Positions 52,055 through 63,334 of a stretch of 64,000 bases of DNA are shown here, piece after piece. The notes under the pieces are model-generated. The model had not been told where the DNA came from. It did no database searches and saw nothing but the letters and a program-made list of their open reading frames with translations. Origin of the DNA: Lingula anatina (taxonomy: Eukaryota; Animalia; Brachiopoda). The stretch's first letter is position 1, and each line of letters starts with the position of its first letter. The DNA lies in the NCBI GenBank assembly GCA_051362555.1, contig CM120644.1, positions 1,248,954-1,312,953 on the forward strand. Direction: 5' to 3'. The position numbers and the translations under genes were made by a program.

Positions 52055-53053
52055 ATGGCAGAATCAGATGTGGAGGAGAAGTACAAAGCGATGATCAAAG
52101 ATACCGAACGTCGTCACCAAGAGGAAATGAAACACCTAAAGACGGAGTTTCAAGAAATGATGAGGGAGGTGAGCAGTACCAGTAGGAGTACCAAGACTTC
52201 ACTCCGCAAAGAGTTTAAAATACATGGTGTTATTGATACCAAAAATGGACTACCATTTTCAAGCCTGGCCCGCCAAATCGAAAATGGCCTCCAAAAGGGC
52301 TATGAGGAAGTCGAAATAGTAGACGGTATAATTCGGGCAGTACCCACCAGCTGCGGTCTGCGTAACTACCTAGAGGGACGGCAAGGCCTTCGACTGACAA
52401 AGATCCGCCACATATTGAGGTCGTATTATAAAGAGAAATCAGCAACAGAATTATTTGCGGAGCTGGGACAGTTGGTTCAGCAGCCTACTGAAGAAACAAC
52501 CGACTTTCTTCTACGGGCCCTGGACGTGAGACAGAAGATCCTATTCGCTTCTCGAGAGTCCGACGCATGTGTCACTTTTACAGACGTCCAGGTGGATAAT
52601 CTCTTCAAGAGGGGGTTCGAAACTGGGCTAAGGAGTGACAGCATCAGGGGAGAAGTTAAGAAGATCCTTGAAGTCAGAGCCTTCGACGAAGAGGCACTGA
52701 TTGAAGAAATTAGTGTGCTCACCAAAAGGGAGGAGGAGAGAGCTTCCAAGATGGCAAAAGATAGACGAGCGAGAGTGGCCGCAGTAGTAGGTGAAAACAC
52801 TGGAAGGGAGGAAAAGCCTGGAAGGGAGGGTACCCTGGCAGCGGAGGTAAAACAATTAAGGGCCGAAATTGCTGAGCTGAAAATTAACATGACCAAACAG
52901 CCGTCCGAACCAAAGAAATTACGGGGATGCAGAGCCTGTCAACAGGCGAAGCGAAAGTGTAACCACTGTTGGGATTGTGGGAGTTCCGATCACTTCCGTG
53001 CTGGGTGCAGGCAGGGAAACGGAAGAGAGTCGTCTCAGGGGGGACGCAGATGA
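52055..53053 (+). CDS. gag: Gag with a C-terminal CCHC zinc knuckle
   Basis: First ATG at 52055 (MAESDVEE); [14 protein letters not shown] matches CX2CX4HX4C. Confidence 0.92.
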   Translation: MAESDVEEKYKAMIKDTERRHQEEMKHLKTEFQEMMREVSSTSRSTKTSLRKEFKIHGVIDTKNGLPFSSLARQIENGLQKGYEEVEIVDGIIRAVPTSCGLRNYLEGRQGLRLTKIRHILRSYYKEKSATELFAELGQLVQQPTEETTDFLLRALDVRQKILFASRESDACVTFTDVQVDNLFKRGFETGLRSDSIRGEVKKILEVRAFDEEALIEEISVLTKREEERASKMAKDRRARVAAVVGENTGREEKPGREGTLAAEVKQLRAEIAELKINMTKQPSEPKKLRGCRACQQAKRKCNHCWDCGSSDHFRAGCRQGNGRESSQGGRR

Positions 53054-56000
53054 CTCCGCCACCAGATGTCCCCAACAGACTGTCAGTTAATGAATTGAAG
53101 GGGGAAGTGACTGGATTAAGTCCAGGGAACAGACGCCGATTGGTCAACCTTGTGGGCAGAGAATGCGTTCTGAAGGTAAACCTGGCTGACCAACCAGTGG
53201 ACGTTCTCTGGGACACCGGAGCACAGGTTAGTCTTGTGGACATGTCAACGCTACACTTACTTGGTTTACCAGCAGGTGCTGTGAAGCCCCTGGATGAGGT
53301 CTATGCACCAGTGCGCCTCGCCTCTGCCAGTGGGGAGGAGATTCCATATCAAGGTTATGTGGATTTACCACTTTGTTTTGGAGATGGGGCTCCAGTTCAA
53401 GTCCCTTTTCTAGTAGTGGATAGTGTGTCCTTACCCAGACCTATTCTTGGGTTTAATGTTATTGAATCTCTATGTGCGTTAAACGGGCAGCAGAAGTTTT
53501 CCCAGACATTTAGCAACATTTGCAAGGATGTTGAAGTGGATGGTGGACGTCTCGCCCAGGTGCTTGCTGACAACAAGAGGGGAATGGTCTGTCGTGTGAC
53601 TGTGGGATCCCAGAAGTTAATCATACCTCCTAACAGTTCACGGGTGATAAAAACCAAAGCACGGACCGGGGTCTTGTCCACTGAGAACTTTCGTTGTCTC
53701 TTCATGCCTCAGGAAAATTTCATAGACCAGGGTCTCTTTAGTGAAAGTCTGATTGATGTTCAGCACCCATCTCATGTCCGGATAGCAGTGTCTAACAATA
53801 GTTCCAGGAAAGTAATAATACCAAAGAAAACCACGATTGGGCAGCTACACATGGTTAACTCGGTGGTGCCAGTAGGGGAACCAGGTTTGGATGAAGCTAC
53901 AACGCATGAGGAAGCAGAAAAGAGCTCCTTGGCGGTTGACTGGTCCCTGTTTTCCAGCCAAGAAAAGGAGAAGATCCAAGAATTACTTAGGAAACACCAT
54001 GAGGTCTTCGCAAAGAGTGAAGATGATATAGGATGCATACCAGATTTGAAGTTCAGCATTCACCTAACCGACAAGGTTCCTGTCCGAATAGCCTACCGAT
54101 CCATTCCTCAAGCTCTTTATGACGAAGTCAAAGATTACCTACAAAATCTCATGTCAAAAGGTTTTGTGCGTAAGTCTACATCGGCCTATGCAAGCCCTTT
54201 AGTTTGTGCACGCAAGAAAGACGGAACCCTGCGACTATGTGTGGATTATCGTAAGGTGAATGAGAAGTCTGTCGCTGACAGTCGGCCCTTACCCAAGATT
54301 CAGGATGCTCTGGATGGCTTAGGGGGAAGCTGTTGGTTTTCGGTACTGGACCAAGGAAAAGCCTATCACCAGGGAATGGTGGCCGAAGAGTCCAAGCCCT
54401 ACACAGCATTCATCACACCTTGGGGTCTCTATGAGTGGGAGCGCATCCCGTTTGGGCTTTCAGGAGCTCCAGCCGCATTCCAGAATTTTATGAATGAATG
54501 TCTGGAAGGGTTACGCGACAAAATTTGTCTACCATATTTGGATGACATATTGGTGTATTCAAAGAGTTTCTCGGAGCACATTCAACATTTGGAGCAGGTG
54601 TTCCAGAGGTTGAGAGAGAAGGGTGTCAAGTTGAAGCCAGCTAAGTGTTTACTATTCCGAAGAGAAGTCAGATACTTGGGTCACTTGGTCACTTCAGAAG
54701 GGTACACACTTGACCCAGAAGACAAAACCGCAGTTAGGAAGCTGAAGGAGCAGAAGCCGACAAACGTGGGCGAAGTGCGTCAGATGCTGGGATTTTTAGG
54801 GTACTATCGCAAGTTTATACCAGATTTCGCCAGACGGGCAAAAATCTTATATGATTTGTTAAAGGTTGAGAAGAGTCCAGGTGGTAAGCCACAAAAGAAG
54901 AAGAAGAAGCCGATGAAAGGTCAGCCCTCTCCAGCACAGCAGGTTGCCTGGACAACTGGACACCAAGAAGCTTTATCTGATTTGGTTGACTGTCTATTAT
55001 CACCACCTGTGATGGCTTATCCAGAGTTCGATAAACCATTTTCACTGCATGTAGACGCTTCAGGGGAGGGCCTAGGTACCATCCTGTATCAAGAAGGAGC
55101 TGACTCCAAGTCTCGAGTTGTCGCCTATGCCTCACGTACCCTGAGTCCAGCAGAACAGAACTATCATTTCCACTCTGGAAAGCTAGAGTTCCTGGCACTG
55201 AAGTGGGCAGTCACAGAGCGGTTTAGGGACTATCTATACTACGCCCCTCATTTCATTGTTTATAGTGATAACAACCCGTTAAGCTACATCTTAACTACCC
55301 CTCGTTTAGATGTCACCAGGCTTCGTTGGGTCGGCGAACTATCAGACTTCACGTTCACTGTCAAATACAAGCCTGGTTTATTGAACCGAGACGCTGATGG
55401 GTTGAGTAGAATGCCTCTTGATTTTAATCAAGTGATGATGCAATGCACTGAAGAGAGTGACCCCACCGAAGTGCAGGCCGTGGCTAAAATGGTGACCGTT
55501 CGTAGCCAAGAGGATTCTCCATTCATTCCTACAGCAGTAAATGTGAACATGGTATGCAACGATAGAGACTGGCTACCAGAGTATCTGCACCATCAGTCCA
55601 CAGGCGAAGTCCAGAGGATATCCAAAACATCTTTGAGAATTGCTCAGGAGCAAGATAGCTGTATAGGTCCGGTGAAAAGACAGGTAGAATTAGGTGAAAA
55701 ACCCAATCGCAAGTCCACTAAACATTTACCTTCGGAATCCAAGACCTTACTCCGAGGATGGGAAAAATTGACAGTTGGCGAAGATGGCATTTTAAGACGA
55801 GTGACTCGGTGTACATCAGGAATAAGGCGACACCAGGTGGTACTTCCGAAGGAATTCCATCAAATTGTCCTTGAAGAGTTGCACGTAAAACATGGCCACT
55901 TAGGAACAGACAAAGTCTTGTCTCTTGCCCAGGACCGCTTTTACTGGCCCCACATGGCAGGATATATTGACCACTTCGTGAAACACCAGTGTAAATGTTT

Positions 56001-57348
56001 GAAGGACAAAGCACCAAGCCGAAAACCTGTGGCACCACTACAACCCATTGAAACAACATATCCATTTGAAATGATATCCATTGACTTTCTTCATCTAGAA
56101 ACTTGCAAAGGGGGATACCAGTACATCCTGGTTGTGGTGGACCATTTTACCCGATTTGCAGCCGCTTATGCCACCACAAACAAGTCGGGGCGAACTGCTG
56201 CGGATAAAATCTTCAACGACTATGTTCTCCGGTTTGGTTTTCCCGACAGAATCCACCACGATCAAGGTCGCGAGTTTGAAAATGAGTTTTTCCAGCGTTT
56301 ACAACACCTAACCAATGTGAAGTCCTCGAGGACTACACCATACCATCCTCAAGGGAATGGACAGTGTGAGAGGATGAACCGCACGTTATTGGGTATGTTG
56401 AGGACCATGAGTCAGCAGCACAAGAGTGATTGGAAGAATCATCTGAACAAGATGACTCATGCCTATAATTGCACCAAGAATGACAGCACGGGGTACTCAC
56501 CATTCTTCCTTGTGTTTGGTAGACGACCACGGTTGCCCATCGATCTCATTTTCGGACTAGAGGGAGAACCTCACTACACATCCAAGAGTGAGTACGTGAA
56601 GAAATGGGCAGCGCGCATGGAAGAAGCGTACCGGATCGCTGGACAAAGAGCCAAGAAACAGGGGGAAGTTGCACGGAAATATTATAATCAAAAGCCAGCA
56701 AGTGCCGCACTGTTACCGGGTGACCGCGTTCTGGTAAGGAACCTTACTGAACGTGGAGGGCCAGGGAAGTTACGATCTTACTGGGAAGAAGAGGTGCACG
56801 TTGTCGCCAGACGGATTAACGACTCGCCGGTGTACGAAGTAAGTTCAGAACGAGGAAACGGGAAGATCCGGCGACTGCATCGGAATTTGTTACTGCAATG
56901 TAATGAACTTCCGCTTTCCTGCCCAGATGCGAAACGCCCCCGGCTCAAAAGGATGACGCCACGGAAGCAACGACCACAACTATCTCCTTCTTCACACTCA
57001 GACGACTCCGACTCAGATGACTTAACTCTGGTTAAGAGGACACAGCCCAGTATCACTGCTGCACCGGCAAGTACACTGAATCCAATGGCTGAGCCTTTCG
57101 TGCCAGTTCCGGAACCTGAACATTCTGGAAACTTTCTAGAAACGGAAGAGTCGGGACCGGACGTAAATGAACAATCGGAAGAAGAAGAACAGACACCAGA
57201 GACTAGTGGTGAGACTAGCAGACGCCCTAAACGAGTAGTGAAACCACCGGAAAGACTCACATACGACAAAATGGGAGGTCCAAACCACTACGCAGGAATG
57301 AGGCAAATTCTAGCGACGGGAATTAGGCTCTGGCGTCCTTGGGCATAG
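52969..57348 (+). CDS. pol: Pol polyprotein (protease, RT, RNase H, integrase), in the -1 frame relative to gag
   Basis: LWDTGA; [20 protein letters not shown]; HVDASG, LEFLAL, YSDNNPL; integrase [24 protein letters not shown]. Uninterrupted over 1459 codons. Confidence 0.97.
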   Translation: MGLWEFRSLPCWVQAGKRKRVVSGGTQMTPPPDVPNRLSVNELKGEVTGLSPGNRRRLVNLVGRECVLKVNLADQPVDVLWDTGAQVSLVDMSTLHLLGLPAGAVKPLDEVYAPVRLASASGEEIPYQGYVDLPLCFGDGAPVQVPFLVVDSVSLPRPILGFNVIESLCALNGQQKFSQTFSNICKDVEVDGGRLAQVLADNKRGMVCRVTVGSQKLIIPPNSSRVIKTKARTGVLSTENFRCLFMPQENFIDQGLFSESLIDVQHPSHVRIAVSNNSSRKVIIPKKTTIGQLHMVNSVVPVGEPGLDEATTHEEAEKSSLAVDWSLFSSQEKEKIQELLRKHHEVFAKSEDDIGCIPDLKFSIHLTDKVPVRIAYRSIPQALYDEVKDYLQNLMSKGFVRKSTSAYASPLVCARKKDGTLRLCVDYRKVNEKSVADSRPLPKIQDALDGLGGSCWFSVLDQGKAYHQGMVAEESKPYTAFITPWGLYEWERIPFGLSGAPAAFQNFMNECLEGLRDKICLPYLDDILVYSKSFSEHIQHLEQVFQRLREKGVKLKPAKCLLFRREVRYLGHLVTSEGYTLDPEDKTAVRKLKEQKPTNVGEVRQMLGFLGYYRKFIPDFARRAKILYDLLKVEKSPGGKPQKKKKKPMKGQPSPAQQVAWTTGHQEALSDLVDCLLSPPVMAYPEFDKPFSLHVDASGEGLGTILYQEGADSKSRVVAYASRTLSPAEQNYHFHSGKLEFLALKWAVTERFRDYLYYAPHFIVYSDNNPLSYILTTPRLDVTRLRWVGELSDFTFTVKYKPGLLNRDADGLSRMPLDFNQVMMQCTEESDPTEVQAVAKMVTVRSQEDSPFIPTAVNVNMVCNDRDWLPEYLHHQSTGEVQRISKTSLRIAQEQDSCIGPVKRQVELGEKPNRKSTKHLPSESKTLLRGWEKLTVGEDGILRRVTRCTSGIRRHQVVLPKEFHQIVLEELHVKHGHLGTDKVLSLAQDRFYWPHMAGYIDHFVKHQCKCLKDKAPSRKPVAPLQPIETTYPFEMISIDFLHLETCKGGYQYILVVVDHFTRFAAAYATTNKSGRTAADKIFNDYVLRFGFPDRIHHDQGREFENEFFQRLQHLTNVKSSRTTPYHPQGNGQCERMNRTLLGMLRTMSQQHKSDWKNHLNKMTHAYNCTKNDSTGYSPFFLVFGRRPRLPIDLIFGLEGEPHYTSKSEYVKKWAARMEEAYRIAGQRAKKQGEVARKYYNQKPASAALLPGDRVLVRNLTERGGPGKLRSYWEEEVHVVARRINDSPVYEVSSERGNGKIRRLHRNLLLQCNELPLSCPDAKRPRLKRMTPRKQRPQLSPSSHSDDSDSDDLTLVKRTQPSITAAPASTLNPMAEPFVPVPEPEHSGNFLETEESGPDVNEQSEEEEQTPETSGETSRRPKRVVKPPERLTYDKMGGPNHYAGMRQILATGIRLWRPWA
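53014..53073 (+). promoter_or_regulatory. -1 ribosomal frameshift signal: G_GGA_AAC heptamer plus a predicted H-type pseudoknot
   Basis: The heptamer is in the gag frame (CAG GGA AAC), followed by a 6-nt spacer. Stem 1 is GAGTCGTCT (53027-53035) with AGATGACTC (53048-53056). Loop GGGGAC pairs with GTCCCC (53068-53073). Confidence 0.85.
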
Positions 57349-57671
57349 GAGGACGTGGACATTCTCGTAACGTTGATGGACAGCATTAGAAAAAAAAACT
57401 ATCTTGGGAACATTACCTCTGCTCGCTAGGAGTGTGACAGTATCTAGGCAGATAACGGGAGCACCAGTAGGTGCGTTATTAGAAATCTGATCAATTTCTA
57501 ATCCTTTCATAGGCATTTTATGCAATAACTCTGCCAATGATGGTACGTTATATAAAAGGAAGTTCCTGGACAGTGTGTATATTGTAGTTGACTTTATTTA
57601 GCTAGGGTAGGTTTGTAATTTAGTAAATGTATAATTAATTGTTAGAAATGTTGGGGCAACATTTTGTTTTC

Positions 57672-57681
57672 GGGGGGAGAA
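57672..57681 (+). promoter_or_regulatory. Polypurine tract
   Basis: GGGGGGAGAA immediately before the 3' LTR. Confidence 0.9.
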
Positions 57682-59933
57682 TGTAAGTATTGCGATAGAT
57701 GTGCGGACCAGCACAGTGGAAGTCTAGGGAGCGGCCGATGCCCTTTTGTTCGCTAACCTGGGGCTTGGTGCGTTTACTGACGTCAAGGGTGGCCAGATCC
57801 CCTTGATGAGCGAAACCAATATTTTATTGGTCACTAAAATTCCTTTGTTTTTAGTCTCATCCGCTGATTTCGCATTTTTGGTCTTTAACGAAGAGCAGTA
57901 TACAGTAGTAAATTTATCATCGAAGAAGAACGGAGGAAAATTAGAGTAAACGAGCCAGTGAAACAGAGTAGAAAGTAAGCACAGTAAATAATTACTACTT
58001 TATAGTTTAAAGTAAGTTTCAAGTTTACTATAGTGGTATGTAAAAGTTGCTTTACGTACGTTAAAACGTCTAGCTCCAGTTAATGCCGTTAAGCGCTACC
58101 GACATAGATCGTAACTTAGCGTTTTTCTACTTTTGTTAGCACAGCAATACAGTAATAGTTTGTGTGTTGTTCCCTACAGTGCTCTAACGGGAATGATTAA
58201 CTAGAGTTTTATTTAATATTTCAATGAATAGTGCCGCTTTTGCTAGAACAAAGGCGCTCAGGGTATTCTTCTCAGGTCATGTTTGTAACGGGTCATTAGC
58301 GAACGCTAGTACGGTTGTGTTTAGGTTTGCATTGCCTTGACGCGTGCGGCGTGCTCGCTGTATCTTAGTACACTGATTCATCATATTAGTGGTAGTTTGT
58401 TTTATTGTTATCCTGCATTGAAATAATAAGTGACGAAACCAACGAATAGCCTCCGCTGGAGGAGAGGAGATGCGGTAGTTGAGATCGTACATTAACATGG
58501 GAATATCGTTGAATGCGACTTATGATGATACACAAACCACTCATGTTGTTTATGTATGGATAAGAGACAATTAGTGTTCGTTGTATTACGTATTAATTAC
58601 TTAATTTTCTTACATAGCTTGGAATTTTTGATAATTACTATATTTTTGTTATTTTTATTTTAGCCCCATAGGATCCAGTTTATGCTGACCCATAAAGCTC
58701 TGCTGTGCCCAATTAATTCTGTGAGCTAGCCTTGAAAAGCAGGGTCACCTCAGTAAATTGGTCATAATTTATTTGTTTGCCTTTATTACCCATACAAAGT
58801 ATACATTTTTAAAAAGCCAATATTTCAGGCTAAATGAAAATAGAATTACATTTAAATTTAACATGCAGTATCAAAAGTTATAGCCGGTTAAAAACTACAT
58901 TTTCATTTGGTAATGGGTAAAATAAAACAAAGTTGATTTTTCTTATGCACATCAATTTTTTATTTCTACATACATTTGCCTGAAAATTCACAGGGATGAT
59001 GTCAATTATAGTAACTTTCAATCCAGGAAATTTCAGCAATTTATCTCTATCAATTTTCAAGTTATGATCGTTTTGCTATCAGGTATACCAGCTTTTCAGC
59101 TCACCTGAACATCGTGGCCAGAGCTGAATAGAAGTCAAATTTTTACACCATCTATGACAAAAATATCTTTAAAACTTATATCATGAATAAAGGAATATCA
59201 TCCCCACTGTCTATATCACTGTCACTCGAAAACACCTTATCAGTGTCGTAGTTTTCAATCATTTCAATAACAGTATTCATTCGCAGGCCCCTTCCGTAGT
59301 GAGAAGTCGCCATTTTGATTTTACTTTCACCAGCTAGGTCTAGAAAATCGCCGATTTCTCGCTCATATATATTTCTGTCGTCCTTTATATCATAAATAAA
59401 TGAATATCAACGCCACTGTTTATGTTACTGTCACACGAAAACTTCTCTTCAAAGTCTGGATTTTCAATCATTTCAATAACAGTATCCCTTCGCAGGTCCC
59501 TACCGTAGCGAGGAGCCGCCATCTTGATTTTACTTTCTCCAACTAAGTCTTGAAAATCGCCGTTTTCTCGCTCATATATATTTCTATCGCCTTTAAAAAT
59601 GGTGGCAATGAGAGACAAGAAACATACCCGGATGTTAAACTATATATCATTTCATGACTCACGATACAAAAGAGTACAGAAGACGATCTTTCCAAGATAC
59701 GCACATATGCGGCTCTGGGCGTTTGGGGTAAGCGATAATTGAACCGCACATATGCGGTGACGGGCTCTATAGACGGAGTGACGGCCCAATTGTATGAGCG
59801 GACTCCGTTTAGGTGTTTCATTTATTGCGGAAATAGTTCAATACAGATTCTGGAAACTAACTGAGACTTGTGTTTTATTTCTGTGACTAGATTTATCCCG
59901 ATCATTGACAAAATAATAATAAGCCCGGCTACA
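57682..59933 (+). repeat. Gypsy 3' LTR, interrupted by a 1.1-kb insertion
   Basis: Matches the 5' LTR at 57682-58663 and 59769-59933. Confidence 0.95.
58664..59768. mobile_element. 1.1-kb insertion in the 3' LTR, probably a DNA-transposon fragment, with an internal ~200-bp tandem duplication
   Basis: Absent from the 5' LTR (TTTAG|G|ATAGACGG). 59178-59385 is repeated at 59388-59592. CGCACATATGCGG occurs twice near the right end. No clean TSD or TIR. Confidence 0.6.
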
Positions 59934-61784
59934 TTTGCAATCCTCATTTCAAGCATATAAGATAAAAATAAAACCAAGCAAACAAAAGGGCCATTTTCTT
60001 CTTAACCGTATACTTAAGAAAGCTCGATACATGCAAATTTTAATTCATTCATGATAGTTTATTCCCACATGTGTAAAAGATTGGGCTAGTATGCGATTTA
60101 ACATTCATCTCTACTAGTTTATTAAAGCATCGCCTATGTGGAAATGGAACCTAGCCGCATTTATTTGATAATGAACACTCGCAAAACACACAAAAACACA
60201 CACTGAGAGAGTGTATGTGTGTGTGTGATTGAGAGGGAGGGAGGAGAGAGAGAGAGGATTGACTTACATGCATTAGCTGATTCAATGCGTCCTTTGCTTT
60301 ATTTTGGCTTAGCACCCAAACCCAATATAGAGGTGCAAACGATGTCACAGGCATGTTCCTAAAAATATGTAGTGCACAGATTACAAACTATGTTTGATTA
60401 TTTTAGGGTCCCACATAAAGAAGTTTGTATTAAAGTTTCACTTTCCTGGAACCACGAATAATAAAAAATAATTCATCATCTAACCCCAAAAAGGAACATA
60501 CGTTACTGTCACAAATGCACAACGTCTAGCTGTGGAAACGTTTTAATCACTTTGAAAATTCAATCATCACGGGTTTTGTTCTTTAATTTATCTCCTACAA
60601 GTATAACGTTGTAAAAAATTACGAAAAGCTTCTGTATAGAGCAGTTAATTGTTTTTTAGCGACTTAAGTTTGCCTGTCACTGAATATTAAAAAAACGGGA
60701 AAAATACACCCTACCGACAGTAAAATAAGCATTTGATAAATTATTTTTCCCCTCGTGCTCGAAATATTATATCTGAAATGTCAAACTATCATGGAATCAT
60801 TATATATTTTTTCTGTCAGCAAAAGAAAACATCGTTTTCTCTTGCACCAAGTACTGGTACAAAATGAAACATTTTGTCAATTTTCCTAGGGAACATACGT
60901 TACCTAGTATTAGCTATGACGCAGGCCCCATTAGTTACGGTTTAAATGTTTATAAAAAACGTCCTTACGTCATATTTAATTTAACATGATCGAATCACTT
61001 TAAAATATATAAGAACACGTTATGAAAAGAAAAATTAGGTGGCCTGGAACATACGTTACCGGAACATACGTTACCAGTGAAAATCTACTTGTGCCCGAAA
61101 CTGGCTCCGAAAGAAAAATAAGCTTCTGTTTGAGATGTCAGGTGGTTCTTTCTGACGTCTGCTCGAGCTAACGTTCATTAGTGCGTGAGTTGAGGTGAGT
61201 TACAAGTGTAAAGACAACGTAAAATCCTCAGTGATAATGTAGACGAAGTAAATGATTTTGTCGTTATAATAATGTTATGTATCTGAAATGTCAAACTATC
61301 ATGGAATCACTATATATTTTTCGATCAGCAAAAGAAAACGTTGTTTTTTCTTGCACCAAGTACTTAAACAAAAAGTAATTTAACTTGATCGAATCACTTC
61401 AAAATATATAGGAACACGGTACAAGAATTAAAATTAGGTGGCCTGGAACATACGTTACCGGAACATACGTTACCAGTGAAAAAGCTATTTGTGTGCGAAA
61501 CCGGCTCCGAAAGAAAAACTAGCTCCTGATTGAGATGTCACGTGATTCTTTTTGACGTCTGCTCGAGCTAACGTTCATTAGTGCGTGAGTTGAGGTGAGT
61601 TACAAGTGTAAAGACAACGTAAAATCCTCAGTGATAATGTAGACGAAGTAAATGATTTTGTCGTTATAATAATGTTATGTACATTCCATCAAATACTTTT
61701 AGAAATAAATGTCAAACAAAACTATGCAATGAAAAAAATAATCGCCAACTAGTGCATTGAGCGCAGTGCCAATTAAATACATTG

Positions 61785-62027
61785 CAGTGGCGGATTAGTG
61801 GGGGGGCAGGGGTTCCTGATTTCCTTCGATATCTGGGACCCTATTAAAATTAGAATTTTGACTAGCTGAATCAAAGTTCTGACCGTACCAAATGTCACCG
61901 TTCGCCCTCCGAACCACACGTGGGGGGGGGGGGGGGGGGGGGGGGAGGATCGGAAGCGCATCGGACATGTGCCGGGGGGGGGGGGCGCATCGGACCCCTG
62001 CTTCAAATAATCCTGGATCCGCGCCTG
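61785..62027. mobile_element. MITE, CAGTGGCGGAT...ATCCGCGCCTG
   Basis: TIRs with the 5-bp TSD CATTG; shares CTTCAAATAATCCTGGATCCGC with the 11564 element. Confidence 0.85.
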
Positions 62028-62105
62028 CATTGATGCCGGACGGAAAGATATCATTATACATGTATATTATATAGGCCTATATATATACAAATTACTTTTC
62101 AGAAA

Positions 62106-62690
62106 ATGGCGAAAACAAGAGCTGAGATTCAAAAAAATTATCGATCTCGTAAAAAGGAAAATGAGCGTGAAGCATATCTGGAAAGGGAAAGAAACAGAGT
62201 TAAAAAATACTATATACCTTCCGCCTCCTTAAGCGACCGTGAAAGACGAAAGAGAAATGCGAAGACGAAAGCACGAAAACTTAGACTTCACCAAAGAAAA
62301 CAAGAGCTTCTAGCTGCTATAGAAGTTACGGAGGCAAGTCCACTGCAGCAATCACTACCGGAGAGGCTTGTTGTACGTGTGAGGTGGCCACAACGTGGAG
62401 ATAAAAGATTTAGTAGAAACTTAAGGCAGGCACAAAGAACAATTAAAGAACTACAGGCACAGGTAAATGCCATGAAAAAGAGGGAGAATGCTATCCGGCA
62501 GCGATTTAGCCGTTGTCGAAGAAGAAATTTGGAATCACCTGAATTTCCCACAAGCCCACTATGTTGAATAGAACCCAAGCTAACACTGTGAGGAAGCAAT
62601 TGCTTATAGGAAATGTTTTAGTAGCTGAAGTGGGTCAAGCTAAACGAGTAACACCAAGAAGTAAGATGAAAATTTTGCATAATACTCTTG
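62106..62690 (+). pseudogene. Truncated, frameshifted N-terminus of a probable transposase (basic/coiled-coil region)
   Basis: MAKTRAEIQKNYRSRKK...YLERERNRVKKYYIP, continued after a frameshift by ANTVRKQLLIGNVLVAEV, then cut by unrelated repeats. The resemblance to invertebrate transposon proteins is from recall and was not searched. Confidence 0.5.
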
Positions 62691-62963
62691 AGCCACTCAC
62701 ACGCTCAATTCATACCGTCCACCTTGACACAAGCGAGACACTTGTGATCAAGCATGATACTATAAAGCCGAGATGGCTTGTATCACTCACAATGGCGAGA
62801 CACCATTGATGAAAACACATTAAACAAAGCATGATACTTAAAAGCCGAGATGGCTCGTATCATTCACAATGGCGAGACACCATTGATGAAAACTTACTAA
62901 ACAAAGGCGAGACACCTTTGCTTACCAGCCCCTACGTCCCAAAATTTTCCTTTTTTTTATCTC

Positions 62964-63022
62964 GGACTCTGCAGCTGATGAAGGTCACTTGTTGACCGAA
63001 AAGCGCTTTCTGCAACCAGTCC
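62964..63022 (+). ncRNA. Minimal type I hammerhead ribozyme
   Basis: TGCAG [stem I] CTGATGA A GGTCA-CTTGT-TGACC [stem II] GAAA AGCGCT [palindromic stem III] T T CTGCA [stem I']. Stem I extends through GGACT/AGTCC across a bulge. Confidence 0.8.
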
Positions 63023-63334
63023 ACCATCCCCCTCCCTCGAAAGGCGAGACGCCTCTATCGTGCCAATCACGAAATGCCCTTTTCAGGGCACCCTATGTAT
63101 AGGCCGGTATCTATGAATCTGATACTATGTAGGTGAGACACCTACCTTCCTATCAGAGACGATCTTTCCTCATAATAAAGGCGAGAAGCCTTACACACTC
63201 AAAAAGTCGCTCTCAACTATGCAAGGGGCGCTGTCAAAATACACGTCCTCAGAGGCCCAGCTCTGAATCGTGTTATTTTGGTAAAGTGGAATCTAACTAG
63301 GGCATGAGCCGACCACCCCCAACACGTTTTTCAC

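Larger units (their letters stand above)
50824..59933 (+). mobile_element. Full-length Ty3/Gypsy LTR retrotransposon
   Basis: Two TG...CA LTRs, PBS, gag, pol in PR-RT-RH-IN order, and PPT. 4-bp TSD TATG/TTTG; paralogous modules show the empty site GTGTATTATGCAATCCTC. Confidence 0.98.
60310..62690 (+). mobile_element. 5' part of a probable DNA transposon, with GGAACATACGTTAC subterminal repeats and a ~400-500-bp tandem duplication (60770-61280 / 61281-61680)
   Basis: Homology to the duplicated module breaks at ~60305. GGAACATACGTTAC occurs six times (60492, 60889, 61046, 61061, 61445, 61460) and is followed by a basic ORF. Confidence 0.6.

Noticed and set aside
52230-57537. Minus-strand ORFs over gag/pol, and a possible env
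   Set aside because: Antisense shadows of a coding region. Only ~330 bp separate the pol stop from the 3' LTR, leaving no room for env.
50888-58498. Duplicated small ORFs (67 aa and 73 aa) at 50888/57746 and 51419/58277
   Set aside because: They are duplicated only because they lie within the LTRs; no coding features.
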